Part shown: in pieces, positions 56,701 through 64,000 of the stretch
Numbering within the stretch: position 1 is the first letter of the stretch
Layout of the letters: every line of letters begins with the position of its first letter
IMG/VR virus record: IMGVR_UViG_3300028197_000002
DNA from: a virus
Lineage: Duplodnaviria > Caudoviricetes
DNA: 64,000 nucleotides
Direction: 5' to 3' (one strand)
Program-made: the position numbers and the translations under genes
The notes under the pieces: generated by a model
What the model saw: the letters and a program-made list of their open reading frames with translations, nothing else
Databases searched by the model: none
What the model was told of the DNA's origin: nothing

Positions 56701-57439
56701 TCAATTCAGACATTCTTTATTTTTTAACTACGCATTAAAAAATAAAATATTAAAAAACGCGATTCAGTATTGGACTATAACAAATCACAATAACGTTTCT
56801 TTCTGTAAGTTTTTTAAAAAACCATGTTGTTTAAATATCATAGAAAATAATATGATGTGTCATGAAATCGAAAAATTAGATTACGAAAATGAAACTTTTT
56901 CTTTCTTAGTAAAAAAATACACAAATGAAAAATCATTCGAAATTTGCAAAAAATCTTTTAAGGATTTTGAATTGAAATGTGAATATGAATTTAAAATTCA
57001 AGAATTCATAAGAAAAAATAACATTGAGAATTCAATAGGTCTTCACTTGAGGACGACTTGCAAAACAGCTCTTTTAAGAGAAAATAAAAACGCTAGGTTT
57101 CAACCAAAAGATATACAAGATACAATAAAAAAAATAAAAGAAACAGATAAAAAAGTTTATTTAGCAACAGATAACAAAGAAACTCAAGATAAGATGGTTG
57201 ATTTACTTGGAAATAAAATAATTTTTTACAAGAAAATAGAGTCAGGAGAAGAAAACTTCAAAGGGAAATATGATAAATCAAAAGTAAAAAGAAACACGAC
57301 TGATTTTCACACTATCTTTGATTTTTATGTTTTACAAAGTTGCAGTTCTTTTATTGGGTCTAACGAAAGTACCCTTTCCATTATGATAAAATATATAAGA
57401 GATAACGCTACAGACGATCCTATATTGGGAAGTCTATAG
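56669..57439 (+). CDS. Fucosyltransferase-like GT-B (GT11/GT23/O-FucT superfamily)
   Basis: GFANQ, IGLHLRTT, VYLATDN, DFYVL..C..FIGS..STLS. Confidence 0.75.
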   Translation: MKIRSTNGFANQFRHSLFFNYALKNKILKNAIQYWTITNHNNVSFCKFFKKPCCLNIIENNMMCHEIEKLDYENETFSFLVKKYTNEKSFEICKKSFKDFELKCEYEFKIQEFIRKNNIENSIGLHLRTTCKTALLRENKNARFQPKDIQDTIKKIKETDKKVYLATDNKETQDKMVDLLGNKIIFYKKIESGEENFKGKYDKSKVKRNTTDFHTIFDFYVLQSCSSFIGSNESTLSIMIKYIRDNATDDPILGSL

Positions 57440-57449
57440 ACACTCAGTG

Positions 57450-57986
57450 TCACTTTTCATTATCTAGAGTATTCTCGACATCTTGGAGTTGTTCTTCGAT
57501 GTATTTCTTTATTTGCAATTCAAATTCTTCTTCAGAAGATCTAGCTCTATCTTCATCGCCTTCTTCAGATGCATATCTAAAAGCAGGATAATTGCTTCCT
57601 ATGTCAATTCCAAGATGATATCCTTCTTTGTATGATTCTGTAGCAACCCATTTATTTTGATCTAAACCTTGTTCGTATCCTTCATGCCAAATTGATCCAT
57701 AACTTGAAGTCATTTCATCTTGAGTTGGATTTATTGTTTTTAACATGCCTTCTAAAACTCCTTGGTTTTTCGCAAGAGCAACATCATTGTTTTCTAGAGA
57801 CTTGAACTGAGTTAAGAACAGTTCGTTTAGTTGGTCGGAATTCAATTCATTTCTTTTTTCTGACACTTCAAGCAAGTTTTTATAATAATTAACTTGCTTT
57901 GCTTGATATAAAGAAAAATTCACACATGTGAAAATTGTTGCTAAAATAAAAGAAAAATTAAAAAGTCTTCTTGAAGTAAATTTCAT
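57450..57986 (-). CDS. Membrane-anchored hypothetical protein
   Basis: N-terminal hydrophobic segment followed by a coiled coil; AAGGA SD. Confidence 0.6.
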   Translation of the reverse strand: MKFTSRRLFNFSFILATIFTCVNFSLYQAKQVNYYKNLLEVSEKRNELNSDQLNELFLTQFKSLENNDVALAKNQGVLEGMLKTINPTQDEMTSSYGSIWHEGYEQGLDQNKWVATESYKEGYHLGIDIGSNYPAFRYASEEGDEDRARSSEEEFELQIKKYIEEQLQDVENTLDNEK

Positions 57987-58103
57987 TTTGTAACTTCCTT
58001 GAAAGAAAATACGAACGGTTTGTCTATGTCAAAGTGATGGAAGTATTTTAGAACAAAAAACAAATATGGTGCAATGGTTTTGTTGAAAGAAATAAAGAAA
58101 ATG

Positions 58104-58301
58104 CTACTTTTTTCTGAAAATAGAATTTTTCATCTTTTGCCAAAAACTAATTTTAACAACTTTCTCCGCATTTTTAAATTTTTTTTCAAGATAAATTTGA
58201 TCCATTTCTTTTTCAATTTCTTGAATTGTTTGTTTATTTTTGTCTAAAAGAGTTTTTTGACATTTTAAATATTGACTATCAGTTAATCCAGAATCTCGCA
58301 T
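58104..58301 (-). CDS. Hypothetical coiled-coil protein
   Basis: 65 aa; AGGAGG upstream. Confidence 0.6.
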   Translation of the reverse strand: MRDSGLTDSQYLKCQKTLLDKNKQTIQEIEKEMDQIYLEKKFKNAEKVVKISFWQKMKNSIFRKK

Positions 58302-58760
58302 TCATTCCTCCTTTTCTAATTTAACAAAAACATTTTCAGGAGGTTCTGAAAAATATAATTTTAAATAAGAACAAGCAAAAATCTTTTGTTTTGTATTAAA
58401 ATCGAGATATTCTGGCTCTATCTTGTAGATCCATCCATCATGAAATTTTTCTTCAAAAACTAAACGAGCATCACAATTTAAAAAAAGTTCATTGGAAAAC
58501 AAAAGGTTAAAACCATCTTCAGGACGGTCTATTTTTTTCAAAGAGGTTACGCTTTTTATTATTTTATCAGCGCCCCATATGATAGGAGAAAGAGTTTTTC
58601 TAGTAATTGGAGCCGGAGCTAATCCAAAAGTTCCTTTTGTACAATGAAAAGCCCATGTGTTCTTTTGGTCACGAAATATTCGAATGCTTTTTATAGAAGA
58701 TTCTTTTTCAGGTTCAGGTGAATCTTCATTTTTAAAAATTCTATGATCTTTAATATTCAT
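58302..58760 (-). CDS. Hypothetical protein (DUF6717-like)
   Basis: TWAF..GADKII..GFNLLFS..GWIY pattern. Confidence 0.45.
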   Translation of the reverse strand: MNIKDHRIFKNEDSPEPEKESSIKSIRIFRDQKNTWAFHCTKGTFGLAPAPITRKTLSPIIWGADKIIKSVTSLKKIDRPEDGFNLLFSNELFLNCDARLVFEEKFHDGWIYKIEPEYLDFNTKQKIFACSYLKLYFSEPPENVFVKLEKEE

Positions 58761-59415
58761 GTTTAAATTTCTCTTTAAAATATTTTTCCACTTCAGGAGT
58801 AATTGAAGGACGATACAAATCTAAATCTAGATTCTCAATTGCTGAATTTTTTTGCATAAAAGGAGACAGAATAACATAGTAATTCGAAATCTTACCATCA
58901 TAAATCCACCCATTAATTTTTTCTAATGGAGCTTGGTTTATATCTAAAAACTTATGTTTTTCTAAAAAACTATAGGTAGAATTTAATTCATTTTTAATTT
59001 TATTAAAACTTGCCCTAATGTCCATTTGCTCAAAAGTGTTAACTTCTTTTAGTCTTTGATTATAAATCCAATGCCATCTTTTCCATCTTTTCCATGCTTT
59101 TTCGCCAACAAGTATTTGAGGTTCGATTAAAGGATGGATGTTATTCTCTTCGAGATGTTTTAAAGTTTGCAATTGGGCTAAAACATAAAAATAATATTCT
59201 TTATCATCCGAAAGTAAACCTTTTGTTTCTCTAATTAATTTATATCCGTATTTAAATAAAGTTGTCTTTCTTGGATCTTTATTTAAATTTAACCTAGGAA
59301 ATCTTTCATTTGGAAATACTTCAGCACAGAGTTTTTGCCAAATAAGACAAATCTTGTAAGCCTTAATTTCCATGTTGTCCATATCATATTTTAAAATAAT
59401 TTCTAAATTGTTCAT
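58750..59415 (-). CDS. Hypothetical protein
   Basis: 221-aa ORF, coupled to the downstream gene. Confidence 0.7.
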   Translation of the reverse strand: MNNLEIILKYDMDNMEIKAYKICLIWQKLCAEVFPNERFPRLNLNKDPRKTTLFKYGYKLIRETKGLLSDDKEYYFYVLAQLQTLKHLEENNIHPLIEPQILVGEKAWKRWKRWHWIYNQRLKEVNTFEQMDIRASFNKIKNELNSTYSFLEKHKFLDINQAPLEKINGWIYDGKISNYYVILSPFMQKNSAIENLDLDLYRPSITPEVEKYFKEKFKHEY

Positions 59416-59986
59416 TTAACTTTGTTTTTTCTAAAAAGGTTGTTATGATCCTTCCAACCAATTTTAACTTTTAACTTACCCGTACTATTTTACGATAACT
59501 TTCAAAAACATACAATGAGTAAATGAAAAATTAATCTTCACAGTTCTATGTAGAACACAATGGGGTTAAAAGCTCTCCCAGTATTTCTAAGCCGATAATT
59601 TTATGTTATCAGGTTGTGTCAAAAGCAACTGTTACTCGGGGCTGAATCATTTAACAGAAAGATCTTTTTTCCGATAGGTTTTTTCCATGTAACCAGATAG
59701 TAGTTGATCTATCATAAGGGTTTTGGGTCATGGTCTAAAAAGGACAACGTTCTTTAACTGACATAAAAAAAGATTACAAGTAAGTTAAATTGAAGAAATT
59801 GAAAAAGAGAAGATTAAAGAAAATCACTTAGGATATATTTTATATTTTAGTGGGGTTAGTTGAGTTGTGAAATTAGCTGTTCTCTATAGCTAATAAATAA
59901 CTATGTAATACTAATTCTCTCCCTAAAATATATTAGGTCCTCGGGGAAAAGGCCCTTCTATGCAATTACATAAAATATATTAGAAA
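59416..59986. other. Longest non-coding region (571 bp), with hairpins and repeats; candidate origin or structured RNA
   Basis: No ORF of 60 aa or more; imperfect ~92-nt hairpin 59841-59932; TAAAATATATTAG at 59924 and 59971. Confidence 0.45.
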
Positions 59987-60235
59987 ATGAACAAAAAACA
60001 TAGACGACATATAAAGAGGTTGGCATCTAAGTATGATATTACTTTGTTTGAAGCAATTAAATTATTTTATGGAGAAAAAGAATCTATAAATAAAAATGTT
60101 GTTTATTCGATTTATAAAAAAAGGAATAAAGGCAAGGTTGGAAAATTCAAAAGCACTAAAAAGAAAAAACGAACAAAAGTGAAAAAACAAGTGTTATCAA
60201 AGCTCTCTCAATCTGATATTATAAATTCATGTTAA
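59987..60235 (+). CDS. Small basic protein
   Basis: 82 aa, Lys/Arg-rich, overlaps the polA start. Confidence 0.55.
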   Translation: MNKKHRRHIKRLASKYDITLFEAIKLFYGEKESINKNVVYSIYKKRNKGKVGKFKSTKKKKRTKVKKQVLSKLSQSDIINSC

Positions 60236-61518
60236 ACATTGCCGAAATATTAGATTCTGTTGGTCCAGACGTGTTTTTTCATTTTGATGAAGCTCACATT
60301 GACTGGACATCAGAGAAAAAAGCCAGTTTGATCATACAGTCTAACGGTAAAAAGTCATGTATTGAGTTAGTTGATCCCAAAGTTATAGAGGAGATGGCAG
60401 CTAGTATCCCTTATTATTTTAAAGATTGTAATTTATATTCTTGGAATCTGAAAAATTTAATATCTTTTTTCAAAAAGAAAACATCTTTAAATTTGAAATT
60501 TGAAAATGACATTTACGATCTCTATATTTTGTGTTCTTATTTTTCTTTAGGTTTAAAAAAGCCAAAGAGGACTCAAGATGCAGCGTTAATTGTAAATCAT
60601 TTAAAACAAACTGATATCTGGGATAAGTTTTTAATATTTTATAAAAAAATATATACGCCTTTAATTCAAAGAGTCATTCCCGACATAGAAACAGACCCTT
60701 TAGTGAATTTAAAAACCAAGAGTTTTTCAAATTGTTATTATGAGCTTGAAGGCCAAGCGAATGGGAGGATGAAAACTTTAAAGTTATCGAATAATAGCTA
60801 TATGCCCCATAGCATGTCTGATGATGATAAAAATAACATAGCGCTCCCAGACCCAGACGATGTCTTTTTGGTATTTGACTACAAACATATGGAGGTAAGT
60901 GTTCTTGAATGGCTTTCTAAAGATAAGGGTTTGTCTGAGATACTTTCTGAGGATCGAGATCTTTATAGCGCTGTTTGGGAGTATTTAACAAAAACTGATG
61001 CGGATGAGTCTCAAAGAAGTCTCTGCAAGAAGATATTACTTCCAGTTGTTTTTGGCCTAGGGCCAAAAAGCTTGTCAAAAAAACTTGGGTTGAGCGAAAA
61101 AAACGCCTCTAAGTTGATATATAAATTGGTCGATACATTCCCCGTTGCTTTTTCTTGGGTTGAGTCTCAACGAGTCGATAGCAACAACTTTGCCACAGAT
61201 TTTTTTGGTAGACGTAGAAAATTCTCAGAAAATGAATTCTATAAAATTAGAAATTTTTGTGTGCAATCCCCTTCTAATATGATTTGTTTAAAAAAACTTG
61301 TAGATCTACACGATTCGCTAATTGATGCGAAATTACGATTTCATGTTCACGATGGCTATGTTATTTCGTGCAATAAAAGAGAAATTAAAAATGTTTATAA
61401 AAACGCTAAATTAGTTTTAGAAAAAGATGATGAAATGTTTCTAAATTTAAAGTTAAAAGTTTCTTGCAAATATGGTAAAAAGTTAAACAATCTATTTAAT
61501 ATAAACGAGGTCATTTAA
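60229..61518 (+). CDS. Minimal family A DNA polymerase (polymerase domain, degenerate exonuclease)
   Basis: NGRM, motif A FDYKHME, motif B QRSLCKKILLPVVFG, FFGRRR, NFCVQS, motif C HVHDG. Confidence 0.88.
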   Translation: MLNIAEILDSVGPDVFFHFDEAHIDWTSEKKASLIIQSNGKKSCIELVDPKVIEEMAASIPYYFKDCNLYSWNLKNLISFFKKKTSLNLKFENDIYDLYILCSYFSLGLKKPKRTQDAALIVNHLKQTDIWDKFLIFYKKIYTPLIQRVIPDIETDPLVNLKTKSFSNCYYELEGQANGRMKTLKLSNNSYMPHSMSDDDKNNIALPDPDDVFLVFDYKHMEVSVLEWLSKDKGLSEILSEDRDLYSAVWEYLTKTDADESQRSLCKKILLPVVFGLGPKSLSKKLGLSEKNASKLIYKLVDTFPVAFSWVESQRVDSNNFATDFFGRRRKFSENEFYKIRNFCVQSPSNMICLKKLVDLHDSLIDAKLRFHVHDGYVISCNKREIKNVYKNAKLVLEKDDEMFLNLKLKVSCKYGKKLNNLFNINEVI

Positions 61519-62076
61519 ATGAAAGAAATTGTTCAGAAGTTTCCAGTCACAGGAAAGGAGTACGCAAATTTAGAAGAAAAATTTGGCGAATTGTGTGAAT
61601 ATCAAGCGTGGCAATTGCTTAAGAAAAACTCAAAAAACAATCACACTGATGGTCAAGAAGACATAGCTCAAGACATGCGGATAGCTTTGTTGAGATCCGC
61701 CTCTTATTACAAAAGGCAGTGCTACATAGAATCTTGCTTGAAAATTTGCGAAGAATACGCAAAAGATGACTTTATGAAGTCTATGCTGGATCAACTTAAA
61801 GATTTGTGGATAAACAAAACAAGACACGGAGCTAACCGGCAGAAGTTTGGAGAATATCAAGAGAACATTCTTGATAAAATGGTTAAATGTTTGGTGCCTA
61901 TTAAAAAAAGACCAAGCAAGAAAGAGCCTCTTTTGATGGACACTAAGTTTATAACCTATTGCAAAGCAATAACTTGGAATGCTCAAAAAGCTTTGGGAAA
62001 GAAGATAACAAGAGAAAAGACAATAAGAACAGGAATGGTTTCTTTATCTGAATATGATTATTTAGGTGGAAGTTAA
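61519..62076 (+). CDS. Sigma70 region-2-like protein
   Basis: EDIAQDMRIALLRSA...KFITYCKAITWNA, with an insertion. Confidence 0.55.
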   Translation: MKEIVQKFPVTGKEYANLEEKFGELCEYQAWQLLKKNSKNNHTDGQEDIAQDMRIALLRSASYYKRQCYIESCLKICEEYAKDDFMKSMLDQLKDLWINKTRHGANRQKFGEYQENILDKMVKCLVPIKKRPSKKEPLLMDTKFITYCKAITWNAQKALGKKITREKTIRTGMVSLSEYDYLGGS

Positions 62077-62126
62077 AATAATTATTTAGGGTAGATAATA
62101 ATGTTGATTGGATACTCTAGAAGAAT

Positions 62127-62405
62127 TTAGCTCCAGTGTTCGACTCCTGTTTCGTCATAGTAGTGAAGAACCCAACCAGATGTAGAAAGATATTTTCTGT
62201 CGATTTTGATTAATCCTGCATGAACTTTTCGGTGACAAGATGAGCAACATGTGACCGTGTTTGTGTCTGTGTATTGTCCGCCATCTTTGCCTTCAATTAT
62301 TCTGTGTACATCAAGAACGCAATACTCAGATGTTTTGCAAAACTTGCAAATTTTATCACTTAATTTTTTGTGCTTTTTATTTATAAGTTTTCTTTTTCGG
62401 CTCAT
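62127..62405 (-). CDS. HNH endonuclease
   Basis: CKFC..LDVHRI..GGQY...N.VTCCSSCHRKVH. Confidence 0.88.
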   Translation of the reverse strand: MSRKRKLINKKHKKLSDKICKFCKTSEYCVLDVHRIIEGKDGGQYTDTNTVTCCSSCHRKVHAGLIKIDRKYLSTSGWVLHYYDETGVEHWS

Positions 62406-62425
62406 TGTAATTTAACTTAGTTAAA

Positions 62426-62453
62426 TTGACATTTCTTTTGTTTTGATTACAAT
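62426..62453 (+). promoter_or_regulatory. Sigma70-type promoter for guaC
   Basis: TTGACA-N16-TACAAT; shares the 16-mer TTAGTTAAATTGACAT with 13879-13894. Confidence 0.7.
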
Positions 62454-62487
62454 TTTTTACACAAGCGACCCACAAGAAAGAGAAAAT

Positions 62488-63618
62488 ATGAGAATAGAAA
62501 ATCAAATAAAATTAGATTTTTCTGATGTTTTAATATCTCCAAAAAGATCTGAAGCTCCGAGTAGAAAAAATGTCGACTTGCGTAGAAAATTTAATTTTTT
62601 AAATTCAGATGTTTCTTGGCAAGGCGTTCCTGTTTTGGCTGCAAATATGAGCACTACTGGAACTTTTGCAATGGCGAGGGCTTTTGGCAAACACGACATG
62701 ATGGTTTGTTTGCACAAGTATTATTCAATTGATAATTTAATATCTTTTTATAAAGAATATGAGAACACCGACAAGGAAGCTCCTGTTTTTTATACGCTAG
62801 GAATTAAAAATGATGATTTTGAAAAATTAAATGAATTTTCAAAAAAATATAAAAAGCCAAAATATATTTGCTTGGACGTAGCTAACGGATACACCAAGTA
62901 TTTCGTAGAAAAGTGCAAAACTTTAAGAGGTCTTTATCCATCATCTGTTTTTATGGCGGGAAACATATGTACTCCAGAAATGGTTCAAGAGCTTCTTTTA
63001 TCTGGAGGTGTTGATATTGTAAAAGTAGGCATTGGGGGTGGTTCTGCTTGCACAACTAGAATTGTAACAGGAATAGGAGTTCCTCAATTCTCTGCTGTTT
63101 GCGAATGCGCAGACGCAGCACATGGGCTGAAAGGCCATATGGTTTCAGATGGCGGGTGCGTTCATTCTGGAGATGTCGCTAAAGCATTCGGAGCAGCATC
63201 GGATTTTGTAATGTTAGGAGGAATGCTTTCTGGTCATGATGAGTGCGAAGGAGATTGGGAGTTTGAGTGGAAATGCACAACTTTGGGGCAAGACGAAAGA
63301 GCGAATCGAGAGTGGTGGCAACCATGTGACCCCGGATATCCTACTGAAAAAAGAAAAGTTTCTTTGGGATTTTATGGCATGAGCAGCAAAGAAGCTATGG
63401 ATAAATTTAATGGAGGTCAAGATAATTATAGAGCTTCCGAGGGTAGATCGGTAAGCATCCCTTATAAAGGATTTGTTGAACAAACTATAATAGACTTATT
63501 GGGTGGTATTAGAAGTTCCTGTACATATGTCGGCACAGAGAGCTTGAAAGACTTTAGCAAATGCTGTACATTTATTAGGGTGAATAATACACACAATAAA
63601 ATTTTTGAGAAAAATTAA
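62488..63618 (+). CDS. guaC: GMP reductase
   Basis: MRIEN..KLDFSDVLI.PKRS, AANM, CLDVANGY, KVGIGGGSACTTR, SDGGC, FYGMSS, YRASEG; no CBS domains. Confidence 0.93.
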   Translation: MRIENQIKLDFSDVLISPKRSEAPSRKNVDLRRKFNFLNSDVSWQGVPVLAANMSTTGTFAMARAFGKHDMMVCLHKYYSIDNLISFYKEYENTDKEAPVFYTLGIKNDDFEKLNEFSKKYKKPKYICLDVANGYTKYFVEKCKTLRGLYPSSVFMAGNICTPEMVQELLLSGGVDIVKVGIGGGSACTTRIVTGIGVPQFSAVCECADAAHGLKGHMVSDGGCVHSGDVAKAFGAASDFVMLGGMLSGHDECEGDWEFEWKCTTLGQDERANREWWQPCDPGYPTEKRKVSLGFYGMSSKEAMDKFNGGQDNYRASEGRSVSIPYKGFVEQTIIDLLGGIRSSCTYVGTESLKDFSKCCTFIRVNNTHNKIFEKN

Positions 63619-64000
63619 ATGTCTGATTTTAATTTCGATGATTTAACTGATGAAGAAATATATAAATTAAGGAAAAATACAAATCCTGACGAGACCGAAG
63701 CAGAAAAATATAATTGGACAGAAGAATTTCAAAAAAATATAATTTCTCTTTTGCTTTGCGACCGTTGGTTTGCTGTTCAGTGTCGCGACTTGGTTAATCC
63801 AAATTATTTTGTTGACGAAGTGCATCAACTTCTTGTTCGAGTTCTTTTCAATTACTTAGACACTTACAAAAGTCTTCCTGAAAAATCTTTTGTGATGCAA
63901 GAGGTTGATAGTGCAACCAAGAAAAAAGAGCCAAAAATAAAACAGCACTACATAGCAGAAACTAATTTGGTTTATGAAAAATATGTTCCAAATTTAGAGT
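63619..64000 (+). CDS. Replicative helicase (DnaB/gp41-like), N-terminal part; runs off the right edge; not in ORF track
   Basis: Manual translation: MSDFNFDDL...YNWTEEFQKNIISLLLCDRWFAVQCRDLVNPNYFVDEVHQLLVRVLFNYLDTYKSLP, typical of a DnaB N-domain. Confidence 0.65.
   Translation, partial: MSDFNFDDLTDEEIYKLRKNTNPDETEAEKYNWTEEFQKNIISLLLCDRWFAVQCRDLVNPNYFVDEVHQLLVRVLFNYLDTYKSLPEKSFVMQEVDSATKKKEPKIKQHYIAETNLVYEKYVPNLE

Noticed and set aside
62130-62155. tRNA T-loop-like GTTCGACTCC
   Set aside because: The flanks do not form a T-stem and there is no acceptor or anticodon arm. It is the antisense of the HNH C-terminus. No tRNA was recognised anywhere in the window.
244-63483. Numerous ORF-track entries antisense to or nested within confident genes (e.g. 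244-447, 9204-9500, 12921-13277, 22297-22599, 39364-39732, 53034-53366, 63214-63483)
   Set aside because: These are shadow frames with Ser/Phe/Leu-biased composition, no motifs and no translation signals.
60229-63618. 2-aminoadenine (PurZ/DpoZ) system suggested by PolA plus a purine enzyme
   Set aside because: No PurZ/PurA-like, DatZ or MazZ gene is recognisable, and GuaC has an ordinary explanation.
1-64000. Stop-codon reassignment, as seen in some large phages
   Set aside because: Conserved genes are full length in the standard code, and TAA, TAG and TGA all terminate genes.

Overview
This is an AT-rich 64 kb segment of a large lytic myophage (Caudoviricetes) with a T4-like morphogenesis set. 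It is densely coding in the standard genetic code, and strand switches are frequent. Structural genes: gp13/gp14 neck, gp15 tail terminator, gp18 sheath, two gp19-like tubes, a baseplate-hub/tail chaperone pair, and two modular tail fibres with chaperones. DNA metabolism: NrdAB, dUTPase, SbcCD/gp46-47, UvsW-like helicase, Holliday junction resolvase, a minimal family A polymerase, the start of a DnaB-like helicase, and GuaC. Host-like genes: McsA, YqgE/AlgH, Map, a subtilisin, an EamA transporter and a LolA-like protein. About ten sugar-modifying enzymes are scattered through the window. The leading hunt results are: (1) about 11 dispersed proteins share an N-terminal M-x(1-2)-F-x-x-W/F...E motif resembling the T4 capsid-targeting sequence, which would define a packaged cargo set; (2) one of them (5168-6892) ends in a sigma70 region-4-like HTH, making it a candidate virion-packaged sigma factor; (3) a candidate -1 programmed frameshift at A AAT TTT TTC (30083-30092) joins the hub/chaperone ORF to an unlisted downstream ORF; (4) the glycosylation/sulfation toolkit includes TPR-glycosyltransferases; (5) many promoters sit 5-6 nt from the ATG, implying leaderless mRNAs. 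All family calls come from motif recognition by eye; no database searches were run.
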